Below the pieces are notes generated by a model that worked only from the letters and a program-made list of their open reading frames with translations, made no database searches and was not told the origin of the DNA. 64,000 nucleotides of DNA, from the IMG/VR virus record IMGVR_UViG_3300029931_000011; one strand, 5' to 3'. Numbering within the stretch: position 1 is the first letter of the stretch; every line of letters starts with the position of its first letter. The translations under genes and the position numbers were made by a program. Below are positions 49,725 to 58,926 of this stretch, in pieces. Origin of the DNA: a virus.

Positions 49725-49951
49725 CCGAGGACTCCAAACGATGGGCCGACACTGCGACGAGCCCGGTCGCCGACATCAAGGCCGAAGCCGAGCGGCTGCT
49801 CGGGAAGCCGCTGCGCATCGCGGCCGGGCCGCCCGAGGCTGTGCGCTTCCGCGCGACGCCGTGCGAACGCATCGTCATCGAGCGTTCGCCTGCCCAGCTC
49901 GGCGTCGAAGGCTGCCGGTGCGGGTGCAGCGATGGGAGGCGGGTGCGATGA
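49721..49951 (+). CDS. Hypothetical protein
   Basis: Tail of track ORF 49226..49951 (MTEDSKRWAD...), with an ATGA overlap. Confidence 0.45.
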   Translation: MTEDSKRWADTATSPVADIKAEAERLLGKPLRIAAGPPEAVRFRATPCERIVIERSPAQLGVEGCRCGCSDGRRVR

Positions 49952-50232
49952 GCGCCGCGATCGTTCGCACGATCGGCCCGAACGTGAAGCAGCTCATTGC
50001 GATGCGCGCCTCGGTGCTCGCCATCCCGAGTGGGACGCAGAACCCGCTGGCTGTCGGCCTCGGCGTGTTGCTCGATCCCGCCACGATGAAAGCGCATCTC
50101 GCCGCCGCGCAGAGTGAGATCCTGGCTGCAGTCGATGCCGTAAAGGCGGCGCCCGACAACCGCTGGGGCGACGACGACGAGGCGATCGCTGGGGAACTGC
50201 TGCGCCGGGCAAAGGAGAGACGTCCCCGATGA
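49948..50232 (+). CDS. Hypothetical protein
   Basis: Tail of track ORF 49741..50232 (MSAAIVRTIG...), with an ATGA overlap. Confidence 0.45.
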   Translation: MSAAIVRTIGPNVKQLIAMRASVLAIPSGTQNPLAVGLGVLLDPATMKAHLAAAQSEILAAVDAVKAAPDNRWGDDDEAIAGELLRRAKERRPR

Positions 50233-50447
50233 TCGACCTCGGCGCCATCACGATTACGTGCGACCACGAAGGCTGCGCGGCGCGCCTCAAGACCTCGACG
50301 TCGAGCCCGCACGCTGCGCGCGACAGGGCGCGTCGCGAGGGCTGGGCAACGCGCCTGACGCGAGACGCTTTCGCGCGTGCCCTCGAATACTGCCCCGACC
50401 ACGCAGCGGCGCACGAGGCTGACACGATCGACGGGCGAGCGTTCTAG
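50229..50447 (+). CDS. Small zinc-ribbon-like protein
   Basis: Track ORF of 72 aa. Contains CDHEGC...AR..A..EGW...YCPDH. Its TAG stop and the MuF gene's stop share one CTAG. Confidence 0.5.
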   Translation: MIDLGAITITCDHEGCAARLKTSTSSPHAARDRARREGWATRLTRDAFARALEYCPDHAAAHEADTIDGRAF

Positions 50448-51421
50448 GCCGCCGCCGGTGCCGCCGTGCCGTCGAGGTAGGCCTGCGCGGCCTCCTTCGA
50501 GGCGAAGACCTTCACCGAGCGTCCACACCGGCAGTTCGCTAGTTCCTCGACGGGCGCATCGCGGTCGCCGGGGTGCTTGAGCAGGTTGCCGAGCCCGCTG
50601 CGAAACAACTCGCCCCACCGCTTCCGCTGCCCGTTCATCGACGAGTGCCAGTGCCGCGAGCGCGGCGGGCCGCCGGCGTGCCACGTCTGGATCGCGAGGT
50701 CGGCGTCGAGCGTGCCGTCGTCGATCGCCTGCTGATACGCCTCGTGCTGGCCGGCGTGCACGGCCGACATCGTCTCCGTGCGCGAGATGACCTCCGCTCG
50801 GTACCGCAGCGCGCGCTGGTAGTACCGCTCGACGAGCTTGTCGATCTGCTTCGCCGTGAGCGGCTTCGCCTCATCGATCGCGCGGCGGACCGTGCCGTCG
50901 TACCGGGCGTCGCGGAGCTCCATGCCGAGCGCGCCGCGATCGAGCGTCTCCAGCCGGCGGCGGTACGAGCGCACCCATTCGGCCTGCTTCGGCGTGAGGC
51001 CGATCGAGTCGCGTATAGCACGCGCCTGTTCGCGTGGGTTCGTGCCCGACTTGATCCCGTCGGCCATCACCTCCCACGCCTCTTCGCGCATCGCGTGAAT
51101 GACGCGCTGTCGGTTCGATCGGAGCTGCGCGACGGCGCGCTCGTTCGTGCCGTCGTAGGTCACCACGACGTCGAGCTTCTTCGAGAGCTGCTCGGCGACC
51201 TCGTTGGCGACGAGCGCGGTGACGGCCTCGGTCTGGGCGGCGAACAGCGCGGCCCCGCGCTCGACCTCGTCGAGCACGGTGGCGATGGTGCCCGATTCGA
51301 GCGCGTCCTCGAGCTTGGCGAGGGTGGCACGCGATCGAACGCGCTGCATGGCGGCCAGGTAGCGGCGGCGAACACGCGGGGTCTGGCGGTCGAGAAGCTC
51401 CTGCAGGCGCTTGCGGGTCAT
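50444..51421 (-). CDS. Head morphogenesis protein (Mu F / SPP1 gp7-like)
   Basis: Track ORF of 325 aa. ...VISRTETMSAVHAGQHEAYQQAIDDG... and the C-terminal ...NCRCGRS fit the MuF pattern. Confidence 0.7.
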   Translation of the reverse strand: MTRKRLQELLDRQTPRVRRRYLAAMQRVRSRATLAKLEDALESGTIATVLDEVERGAALFAAQTEAVTALVANEVAEQLSKKLDVVVTYDGTNERAVAQLRSNRQRVIHAMREEAWEVMADGIKSGTNPREQARAIRDSIGLTPKQAEWVRSYRRRLETLDRGALGMELRDARYDGTVRRAIDEAKPLTAKQIDKLVERYYQRALRYRAEVISRTETMSAVHAGQHEAYQQAIDDGTLDADLAIQTWHAGGPPRSRHWHSSMNGQRKRWGELFRSGLGNLLKHPGDRDAPVEELANCRCGRSVKVFASKEAAQAYLDGTAAPAAA

Positions 51422-51894
51422 CCGGGCCTCGGGACGCCGGGACCCGGCATCGCGGTGGGCGGAGGCCGCCCGTCAGCGCGCGCAACCTCATCGACTCGAT
51501 CGCACCATCCCTGGTACGGCGTCTCGTTGCGCACCTCGATGACGCGTTCGAGCAACGCGCGATGAGAGCACCCGCGCTCGTGCTGACGATGCGCCGGGCA
51601 GGTGCACCCGACAGCGGTGGCGCCGAACGAGCACGCCCCGCGACATGACGCGCAACCGCACTCGACGCACACCGGCGTCGGCGCGCCGCGCCACCACGCA
51701 AGGAGTCGCCGCCACCACGGCGCGCGTACGCGAGCGACAGGCAGCGGCGCGCACCAGCACGGCGCACGACCGTCCCACGCGCAGTGAAACCCGTGCGCCT
51801 CGTCGAATGCGTCCGCCTCGTGGCGGGGACAGATCGGCCGGCCGAGCATGGACACGTCAACAGTCTCGTCGTCTGCCGAGTAGCGCCTGATCAT
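51418..51894 (-). CDS. Cys-rich protein (13 Cys in 158 aa)
   Basis: C-terminal 158 aa (MIRRYSADDE...) of track ORF 51418..52317. ATGA overlaps on both sides. Contains VCVECGCASCRGACSF...GCTCP. Confidence 0.5.
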   Translation of the reverse strand: MIRRYSADDETVDVSMLGRPICPRHEADAFDEAHGFHCAWDGRAPCWCAPLPVARVRAPWWRRLLAWWRGAPTPVCVECGCASCRGACSFGATAVGCTCPAHRQHERGCSHRALLERVIEVRNETPYQGWCDRVDEVARADGRPPPTAMPGPGVPRPG

Positions 51895-52280
51895 GCCGCC
51901 GGCTCCTGCACCACGACCACGCCGAGCGCCTGCAACTCGCCGAGGATCTCGTCGAGCACCGTGTCGATGCCGCTCGCCATCACACGCTGGCCCTCGGTCT
52001 GCTCGACCTTCGGCACGATCAGGATCACGAGCCGATCGACCGGCCGCTCCTCGGGGCGGTCTCGCAGCGCCTTGCGTAGCACCCGCGCCACAGCCACGCC
52101 CTCGACCACGCGCGGCGCGCCGTCGGCGAGCATATCGGCGACGTGCTGCGATGCCTGCGACCAGCCCATGCCGATGAAGTCGTCGGTCGACACGAGCGGC
52201 AGGCCAAGGGCGAGCGCCACGGCGCGCGCCGAGCTCGACTTGCCCGTGCGCGGGCCGCCGACGATCGCGATGCGCATCAC
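51891..52280 (-). CDS. Small P-loop NTPase/kinase-like protein
   Basis: Track ORF of 129 aa. Walker A reads IVGGPRTGKSS. Walker B-like reads RLVILIV. Confidence 0.65.
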   Translation of the reverse strand: MMRIAIVGGPRTGKSSSARAVALALGLPLVSTDDFIGMGWSQASQHVADMLADGAPRVVEGVAVARVLRKALRDRPEERPVDRLVILIVPKVEQTEGQRVMASGIDTVLDEILGELQALGVVVVQEPAA

Positions 52281-52654
52281 CGCACCGCCAGCGAAAACGT
52301 CGCGGCCGCTGCGTCACGGTCCACGATCGTGACCACCGCCCGCGTCACCCCGCCCGCCACCTGGACGCGGTCACCAGCGCGTGGCTCTATCGCCCCGCCA
52401 CTGATCGTGTCGCCCAGGAGCACGACCATCACGTCGGTGCGCTTTACCAACGTGCCGTCGATGTGCCGTTGCTCGAGTGCCGCCTCGAAGCCCTTGCACG
52501 GGTAGGTTGCGGTCACCGGCTGCGTGCCGCCGGCGAGGTTGCCGGGCTCGCGAGTGGTGCCGGTGACGCGGGTGAGGGTGCAGTCGAGGAGGCCGGGCCC
52601 GATCTTCTGCGCGACGATCTTCGCGATGTCGACGCCGAACAGCTTCACGCCCAT
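52277..52654 (-). CDS. Head closure / head-tail joining protein candidate
   Basis: C-terminal 125 aa (MGVKLFGVDI...) of track ORF 52277..52831. Confidence 0.45.
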   Translation of the reverse strand: MGVKLFGVDIAKIVAQKIGPGLLDCTLTRVTGTTREPGNLAGGTQPVTATYPCKGFEAALEQRHIDGTLVKRTDVMVVLLGDTISGGAIEPRAGDRVQVAGGVTRAVVTIVDRDAAAATFSLAVR

Positions 52655-52656
52655 GG

Positions 52657-53193
52657 TCAGCCCCCGCCGTTGATGCCGAACTCGTCGCACGCATCGAACG
52701 CCGACTCGCCGTCGACGCCCGCCGCGTAGCTGCCGGCGCCCACGCCGCTCGACGACGTGCCCGCAAGGTACGGCGCGAGCAGCTCGGCGACGCGGCCAGG
52801 TAGCCGTCCACCGTCGCGCGGGCCGAACCACTCCACGTTGACGCCCTTCGCGTCCACACGCTTGATCTTGTCCTCGGTGGTGGTCGTCGTGAAGATCGAC
52901 GAGTCGGCGAGGCCGGCGAGCGCGAGTTCGTAGGCGGCGTCGATGATCGCCTGCGGCAGACCGGCCGTCGTCGGGTCGGCGTGGGTCTCGTCGGCGAAGT
53001 CGAGCCCGGAGATTACGCGCGTCGCGCTGACGAGCGCCTGCTTCTGTCGCTTGCCGCTGCTGGCTGTGTTCTCCGACGAGTTGTAGATCGGTTCGCGAGC
53101 GAGATCGCCGAGCGCGTACTCCTCGAGCGAATCAGCGCCCGTGTGCGTGCCGTACACCGAGTAGTCGACCGCGGAGATGGTGACCGTGCCCAT
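52657..53193 (-). CDS. Head-tail adaptor (gp6-like / DnaT_2-like) candidate
   Basis: Track ORF of 178 aa. ...ADSLEEYALGD...KQALVSATRVISGLDFADE... fits the connector-type N-terminal pattern. Confidence 0.45.
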   Translation of the reverse strand: MGTVTISAVDYSVYGTHTGADSLEEYALGDLAREPIYNSSENTASSGKRQKQALVSATRVISGLDFADETHADPTTAGLPQAIIDAAYELALAGLADSSIFTTTTTEDKIKRVDAKGVNVEWFGPRDGGRLPGRVAELLAPYLAGTSSSGVGAGSYAAGVDGESAFDACDEFGINGGG

Positions 53194-53196
53194 GGC

Positions 53197-54795
53197 TTAC
53201 TCCTCCTCCTCGGGGTCGTCGTCCTCGTCAGGATCTTCCTTGCCGAGCTTGGCCATCTCGGCCGCGACTGCGCGCTCCTCCTCACGCCGCAGCACGAGGT
53301 CTGCGTCGTCGTGGGCCCTCATCGGCGGCGCGCCGAGGTGCTCGAGGAAGAAGTTGACGATCTCCTCGACGCGGTCGGGCGAGGCGCCGGCCTTCTGGAG
53401 GAAGTCGCCGACGGCCGCCATCGCGCTCGGGATGTCCTGGAGCTCGATCGCGGCCCACGTGAGCGTCGGCGCCGTCTCCGGGTCCCAGCCGTTCCACGCC
53501 CAGAGGGGCATGACGAGGTCGCGGCGGAAGGTCTCCGCGATGCGGTTGAGCACCGACGTCACCGTGCGAATCGCCGCCGCCATCTTGCTCGCGTGCATCG
53601 CGTCGGAGCCGCGACCCTCCTGGCCGAGGAGCAGGTACTCGAAGCCGAGCAGCGCGAGCAGCTGCCACGTGAGCCGATCGATCCGCCGCTCGAGCGCGTC
53701 GAAGCTCGAGGCCTGCGAGGCGAGCACCTCGGCGTGCCACCGCCGCACCGGCGACGGGCTCTGATCGGTCGACGGGTAGGTGCTCGAGTCGAGGATGAGC
53801 CCGCCACCCTTGCGCACCTTGGCGTCGACGAAGTTCTTGACCGGCTGGAACTCGGCGTCGAAGTCGGTCGCCGTGTAGCCGCTGTCCTTCTGCGCGACCT
53901 TCCCCTTCCGCTCCATCACCGGCCCGTACACGATCGGGACGCCGTTCACGTCCTTCTCGAAGGCGCGGTTCTGGTAGCGGACGAGCTCCTGCATCTGCCG
54001 CACCGCCTCGGCGAGCTGGCGCATGACGCCGCAACCCTCCGGGTGGTCCGTGATCGGGATGTCCTTCGTCCACACCAGGCGGCCGCGCTCGATCGGGTGC
54101 TCGGTGCCGTCGTTCGGATCGCGCTGCACGATCCCGACGACCTGGCCGCGCTCGTGCTCCCACCGCTCGACGGTGTGCGGCGACAGCTTCATCAAGTCGA
54201 GCAGACCAAAGCGGCCGTCGGCGAGCCGCTTGAACGTCCACGCCTGCAGCGCGTAGCCGTCGAGCGTGGACATCGCCGCCGACATCACGGCGTCGGCCCA
54301 CTGCGTGTCCATGGAGCCGATCTGCTTCTGCAGCCAGGCCGCGCGCTCCTGATCCTCGGGCGTCGCCTCCTCGGCGGCGTCGGCCTTGTACGGCTCGACG
54401 GTCCACGTCGGCGAGCCCGCGAGCGTCAGGTACGCGCGCACGCCGAGCCCGACCGGGATGACGTTGCGCTTCCACTCGTCGAAGTTCCTCCACCTCGACG
54501 CGCCCACCATCTCGCCGTTCTTCTCGTTCGACTGCGGATAGCCGCCGTACCACGAGTAGCCCGGCACGCCCGCGCGCTCGGTCGGGCCGGCCGCCTTCTC
54601 GACCGCCGCCGCCTCGGTCGCCGACGAGGCCCGCTGCCCATGCAACGGCTCCTCCGACACGGGGTGGTAGTCGTCGAGCGCGTTACGCACAGGTTCCGGC
54701 GGCGGCATCGACGCGACGCCGAGCCAGGACGTGAAGCGAGAGAGCGCACGCATGGTCGGGGCCATGCTGCGGCCGCGATGGCGCGCGCCCCACAT
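53197..54795 (-). CDS. Portal protein
   Basis: Track ORF of 532 aa. The ATG lies directly after the terminase stop (TGAATG). Size and the acidic C-terminal tail are typical. Confidence 0.75.
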   Translation of the reverse strand: MWGARHRGRSMAPTMRALSRFTSWLGVASMPPPEPVRNALDDYHPVSEEPLHGQRASSATEAAAVEKAAGPTERAGVPGYSWYGGYPQSNEKNGEMVGASRWRNFDEWKRNVIPVGLGVRAYLTLAGSPTWTVEPYKADAAEEATPEDQERAAWLQKQIGSMDTQWADAVMSAAMSTLDGYALQAWTFKRLADGRFGLLDLMKLSPHTVERWEHERGQVVGIVQRDPNDGTEHPIERGRLVWTKDIPITDHPEGCGVMRQLAEAVRQMQELVRYQNRAFEKDVNGVPIVYGPVMERKGKVAQKDSGYTATDFDAEFQPVKNFVDAKVRKGGGLILDSSTYPSTDQSPSPVRRWHAEVLASQASSFDALERRIDRLTWQLLALLGFEYLLLGQEGRGSDAMHASKMAAAIRTVTSVLNRIAETFRRDLVMPLWAWNGWDPETAPTLTWAAIELQDIPSAMAAVGDFLQKAGASPDRVEEIVNFFLEHLGAPPMRAHDDADLVLRREEERAVAAEMAKLGKEDPDEDDDPEEEE

Positions 54796-56355
54796 TCACT
54801 CGTCGTACGTGCCGGCATCCGACGGCGCCCAGGTTCCGACCTGGTTCGTGTCGATCCCGCCGCCGCCGCGGTGGAGCAGGTTGAAGGCGTGCCGCGCCCA
54901 ATCGACCTGATCGTCGTGCGGGTCATCGAGGCCGGTGAACTCGCGGTGCTCCTCGATGAAGTCGTGCCAGTCGTCGAGCGGGTCGTCCGGGTCGGAGAGC
55001 GGCACCTCGACGCGCGCCTGGTTCCATGCGTCGGCGTAGGGCGTCGCGCCCTCCATCTTGCCGCCCTTCGTGAACGCCGCCGGCAGCGGGAAGACCTGCA
55101 CCTCGCCATCGAGCGCGCGGATCACGTCGGGCATCGCCGAGAAGCCGCCCACCGCTTCGACGTAGATCGGTAGCCCGTACTCCTTGGCCATCGGCTTCAC
55201 GTGCTCGCGAAGGAACGCTGGCACCGAGGCCTGCGCGCGCTTGTTGCGGAGGATGCGCGCGCGCTCGTTCTCGCCGATGCCGATCATTCCCATGACGCCG
55301 GCGGCCTGGTAGTCGCTCGAGGTCTTCTTCGTGCCCGCCGGATCCCACACGAGCGCGAGGCGCCACGCCTGCCCGTCGAGGCCAAGCCCCTCGAGCTTGT
55401 AGCGTTGCGGCTCGTCCTGGAAGAGCTTCGAGTCGCGCGGCCGCGGCTCCTGCTGGTAGAGCGACCACCAGCGATAGGCGCCCTTCGCGCGCTGCTTCCG
55501 CGCCCACTCGATGTCGTAGCCCGCCTCGGGCCAGAGCGCGATGTGGATGTCGGGGTCGAAGTCCTGCCCCCGCGCACCACCGTCGACGGGTTCGCCGGTG
55601 CGCGCGTCGACGACCGCGGCGAGCTTGATGTGCTCCCACGTCTCGCCGAGCCCGTCGCGCATGATACGGCCGAGCGGGTCGTCGAGGTGCCATCGTGTGC
55701 CGACGAGGAAGTTGCTCGCGCCGCGCTCCATGCGCGTCATGACGTCGTCGAGCAGGTACTCGAAGGTCTTGTCGCGGATGAGGCGCGACTCGGCCGCGAT
55801 GCGGCCCTTGAGCATGTCGTCGTTCACGATCGCGCCGCTGTTGCAGCCGCGCCCGGTGATGTCGCCGCCGACGCTCGTGGACTTGAGCCCGCCGTCGAAG
55901 GTCGTTGCCCAATCGTGCACGTTGGCGCGGTCGTCGGCGATCGGGACGCCGGCCTTGCGCGCGAGCTTGCGCGTCTTGTACGAGAAGTCGGTCGCGAGCG
56001 AGTCGCCGAAGGTGACGTAGAAGTTGAGGCACGCCGGATCGCGAAGAAGTCGCCACGCGAGGTACTGGCGCAGCGACGTCGACTTCCCGAAGCGCGGCGG
56101 CATCGAGCAAGTGACGTGCACCGGCCGAATGCGGCTCTCCTGGAACAGCGCGTAGAGCCGACGCAGGTGCCGCGGCACGACGCGTCCGAGCTCGGGCGAG
56201 TGCTGGTGCACGAAGTCGACGAAGGACAGCCCGCCGTGCTGCGCTTCGTACAGCGTCCGGTACCGCTCCTGGTCGGCGGGCGACAGCCGCGCCAGCTCAG
56301 CCGGCGTCAGCGCCACCAGTCGGCTCGCTCGGTGCGGACGCCGCCTCGCGCGCAC
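54796..56355 (-). CDS. terL: Terminase large subunit
   Basis: Track ORF of 519 aa. Walker A reads CSMPPRFGKST. A C-terminal nuclease-like part follows. The start is uncertain; GTG at 56316 is an alternative. Confidence 0.8.
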   Translation of the reverse strand: MRARRRPHRASRLVALTPAELARLSPADQERYRTLYEAQHGGLSFVDFVHQHSPELGRVVPRHLRRLYALFQESRIRPVHVTCSMPPRFGKSTSLRQYLAWRLLRDPACLNFYVTFGDSLATDFSYKTRKLARKAGVPIADDRANVHDWATTFDGGLKSTSVGGDITGRGCNSGAIVNDDMLKGRIAAESRLIRDKTFEYLLDDVMTRMERGASNFLVGTRWHLDDPLGRIMRDGLGETWEHIKLAAVVDARTGEPVDGGARGQDFDPDIHIALWPEAGYDIEWARKQRAKGAYRWWSLYQQEPRPRDSKLFQDEPQRYKLEGLGLDGQAWRLALVWDPAGTKKTSSDYQAAGVMGMIGIGENERARILRNKRAQASVPAFLREHVKPMAKEYGLPIYVEAVGGFSAMPDVIRALDGEVQVFPLPAAFTKGGKMEGATPYADAWNQARVEVPLSDPDDPLDDWHDFIEEHREFTGLDDPHDDQVDWARHAFNLLHRGGGGIDTNQVGTWAPSDAGTYDE

Positions 56356-56884
56356 GGCGCTCGAGCTCGGCCAGCTCGTCGAGACGCGTCGCCGGCGTCG
56401 CCTTGATGGCCGCGATCACCGCGTCGAGGCCTCCGGTGCCCACCTCGACCTTCGTGAGCTTCAAGCCGAGGAGGTCCATGATCTTCCCGGCCGCGGCGAT
56501 CGCGTTCTTCCGGTCCTTGGCCTCGCGGCACTCGAGCAGGAGGTCCTCGAGGATGCGGAGCAGCCGCGCGCGCTCGAAGGGTGCGGCGTCCTTGTCGATC
56601 TCGGCCCACCGCTCCGAGATGGCTTGCTTGTAGCGCCAGACGTGTCGCTCGGTCAGGCCAAACTGGCGAGCGATCTCCTCGACAGCGAGCCCCGGCGACT
56701 TCCCGCGCGAGAGCAACTCGGAGAGCGCGCGTCGGACCTCAACCCGCCCGAGTTGCGCGTCCGCCTGCTCCTGCTCCTCGGGCGTGAACGTGGTGACGGT
56801 CGCGCCTTCGGCGTCTCGTCGCTTCCGCGGGCGGCCGAGCGGCTTGCGCGTGGTCCGTGGCTTGGTCTTCGGCTTCGGGGGCAT
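56297..56884 (-). CDS. terS: Terminase small subunit
   Basis: C-terminal 195 aa (MPPKPKTKPR...) of track ORF 56297..57160. Basic N-terminus and HTH LAVEEIARQFGLTERHVWRYKQ. Confidence 0.65.
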   Translation of the reverse strand: MPPKPKTKPRTTRKPLGRPRKRRDAEGATVTTFTPEEQEQADAQLGRVEVRRALSELLSRGKSPGLAVEEIARQFGLTERHVWRYKQAISERWAEIDKDAAPFERARLLRILEDLLLECREAKDRKNAIAAAGKIMDLLGLKLTKVEVGTGGLDAVIAAIKATPATRLDELAELERRAREAASAPSEPTGGADAG

Positions 56885-56932
56885 GGCGTGCGCCTGTCCA
56901 CGATTGACACCAACTGACGCGACTTCCCCAAT

Positions 56933-57628
56933 TTGGGTTCGCGCTCGCACCTCGGTGACGGTGCCGTGGTGCCCGACGACCGCGACCGGCGCCGAGAGGC
57001 GGACCCGCTCCACGACACGGTGGACGAGTCGACGGGCGTGGTGCGCGACGCGGTCGACCCGGACAACACGCCGATCGACAAGCTGATCGCGCTCATCCGC
57101 GAGGACGTGGGCCTCCTGTCGGCGCGGGACGAGCGCCTCATCCGTGCCGTGGAGGCGCACCGGGAACGGGCGCAGGAGCGCAGCGAGAAGCGCCGCCCGC
57201 AGCCCGCGTCACCCGAGGTCGATCGCGCCCAGCTCGTGTCGCTGCTCGCCGAGGACATGGCGCAGTGGGAGCCGTTCCAGCACCTCCACGCGAAGGCCGA
57301 AGCCGCGCACAAGCTCGCCGAGAAGGCGGAGGCGCGGTGGAAGTGGCCGATGCGGATCGCCTCGATGCTCGCCGCCGGCGCGCTCGGCGTGGTGGGCTGG
57401 GTGCTCTCGGAGACGCGCTCGAGCGGCTACGAGGCGCGCACGACCGAGGTGTACCGAGCGCAGGTCGACGCGAACGCCAAGGCGATCTTGGTGCTCGACG
57501 ACGCGCTCGACGATGTTCTGCGAGAGCTGGCCGAGATCCGTGGGCGGATGTCCCGCGGCGGCTACCCGATTCGCATGGTGCCGGTCACCGGCCCACGCAC
57601 CGAACCCGATGACGACGATGGAGAGTGA
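56933..57628 (+). CDS. Coiled-coil membrane protein (one TM)
   Basis: Track ORF of 231 aa with a TTG start; the start is uncertain and GTG at 56966 is possible. TM segment MRIASMLAAGALGVVGWVLS. Confidence 0.5.
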   Translation: MGSRSHLGDGAVVPDDRDRRREADPLHDTVDESTGVVRDAVDPDNTPIDKLIALIREDVGLLSARDERLIRAVEAHRERAQERSEKRRPQPASPEVDRAQLVSLLAEDMAQWEPFQHLHAKAEAAHKLAEKAEARWKWPMRIASMLAAGALGVVGWVLSETRSSGYEARTTEVYRAQVDANAKAILVLDDALDDVLRELAEIRGRMSRGGYPIRMVPVTGPRTEPDDDDGE

Positions 57629-57631
57629 CCG

Positions 57632-58204
57632 ATGAAGAAGATCCTGTTCCCGCTCATGATCGTGTGTGCCGTGGCCCTCGGCTACGGCTCGATGTTCGCC
57701 GCCAACGCGATCGGCGAGGCCGAGGCGCCGGCGCCGGTGGCGCTGATGGTCGATGCCGGACCGGCGGCGGAGCCGGGCCCGGGGCCCGCGGCGGCAGCCG
57801 TGGGGGTCGAGCCGACGCAGCCGAGCATCGTCGCGCCCTCGGGGCCCTGCATCGATCGAGACGGGCCGGGGCCGGCGCCGTGCATCGCGACGCCTCTCGA
57901 CGCCCACGGCGAGTCGCTGGATACCGCGCGCGCAGCGCAGAAGGTCGGATGGCCGCTGCTCGTGCTCGTGCTGGCGTTCGGCCTGCTGACGGCGCTCGCC
58001 GGGCGGATCAAGTGGCTCGGCGAGGGGTATCGAGCCCTGGCGTCCGCCGGGCTGATCGCCGGGTTGGCGGCGGCGGCGAACGCGAGCTTCGCCGGCGGCT
58101 CCTACTACGCGATGGCCACGGCGGCGGCGGGTGCCGTGCTGCTCGCCCTGCAAGGCAACCGGACCGTCGCCGAGCTGGTGAAGTCGGCGAAGGGCGGGGC
58201 GTGA
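57632..58204 (+). CDS. Secreted/membrane protein with a signal peptide and C-terminal TM segments
   Basis: Track ORF of 190 aa. Starts MKKILFPLMIVCAVALGYGSMFA. Pro-rich linker. C-terminal hydrophobic segments (WPLLVLVLAFGLLTALAG; LASAGLIAGLAAAA; AMATAAAGAVLLAL). Confidence 0.6.
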   Translation: MKKILFPLMIVCAVALGYGSMFAANAIGEAEAPAPVALMVDAGPAAEPGPGPAAAAVGVEPTQPSIVAPSGPCIDRDGPGPAPCIATPLDAHGESLDTARAAQKVGWPLLVLVLAFGLLTALAGRIKWLGEGYRALASAGLIAGLAAAANASFAGGSYYAMATAAAGAVLLALQGNRTVAELVKSAKGGA

Positions 58205-58440
58205 TGGAGCCCCGCGAGCTGACGGTCCTGCGCGAGAGCGGCGAGCACATCGCGCAGTTCTTCTCCTACGCCCACCTACCCGAGAAGATGCAGGCGGTCT
58301 CGCGGCCGTTCGCCGAGCTGGCGGCCACGGTCATCGAGACGTGCCCGCGGAACCCGGAGCGCACGGTGGCGCTGCGGAAGCTCCTCGAGGCCAAGGACGC
58401 AGCGGTGCGGGCGTTCATCGCGAAGGACGTGCCGCGGTGA
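58204..58440 (+). CDS. Hypothetical protein
   Basis: Tail of track ORF 57625..58440 (MEPRELTVLR...ALRKLLEAKDAAVRAF), with a TGATG junction. Confidence 0.55.
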   Translation: MEPRELTVLRESGEHIAQFFSYAHLPEKMQAVSRPFAELAATVIETCPRNPERTVALRKLLEAKDAAVRAFIAKDVPR

Positions 58441-58925
58441 GCGACCTGCCCGAGTACAAGCTCGAGGGCTACGCGTCCGCCGGTGACGTGCTGCAGCTGC
58501 ACCCGGATGGCGTGCTGCGCCGCAAGCCGCCGACCCCTCCGCCTGTGCGCGAGGACCTCGGCACGCACACGTGCGGGCGCCGCACCGAGGACGGTGTGCC
58601 GCCAGACGGGCGGCCGGGGCCCGACACGTGGCGCGAGCGCCCGGGTGAGCTGCCGTCCTGCTCGTACTGCGGCTCGATGCACCCGAACGAATTCATGCGC
58701 ATCGCCGAGGGCGGCGTGCATGAGCTCGGCCCCACCGACAAGAGCTACAAGGTCTACGTCGATAGCCACCGGCCGTCGAAGTTCTACTTCCAGCACCTCA
58801 CGCTCGAGCAGCGGCACCGGTTCATCGAGCTGCTGAACGCGGGCACGATGAAGATCGGCTTCCCGGGCCGGTTCTACTCGCGACCGTTCTTCGTGCAGTA
58901 CTCGAAGCCGGCCGAGGGCGCCTAA
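58437..58925 (+). CDS. Hypothetical protein
   Basis: Track ORF 58341..58925 trimmed to GTG at 58437, with a GTGA overlap. Contains CSYCGSMHPNEF. Confidence 0.55.
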   Translation: MSDLPEYKLEGYASAGDVLQLHPDGVLRRKPPTPPPVREDLGTHTCGRRTEDGVPPDGRPGPDTWRERPGELPSCSYCGSMHPNEFMRIAEGGVHELGPTDKSYKVYVDSHRPSKFYFQHLTLEQRHRFIELLNAGTMKIGFPGRFYSRPFFVQYSKPAEGA

Positions 58926-58926
58926 C

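Noticed and set aside
56904-56932. TTGACA at 56904-56909 in the divergent terS/lysis intergenic region, as a rightward promoter.
   Set aside because: No acceptable -10 lies 16-19 nt downstream (CCCAAT/CCAATT), so I do not call it. The region probably holds promoters, but I cannot place them.
11054-56932. tRNA, tmRNA or other structured RNA genes in the non-coding gaps (11054-11122, 16144-16207, 17506-17645, 27448-27788, 36695-36846, 49416-49499, 56885-56932).
   Set aside because: I could not fold any of them into a cloverleaf or see conserved tRNA boxes by eye. A tRNAscan/Infernal run would be the proper test.
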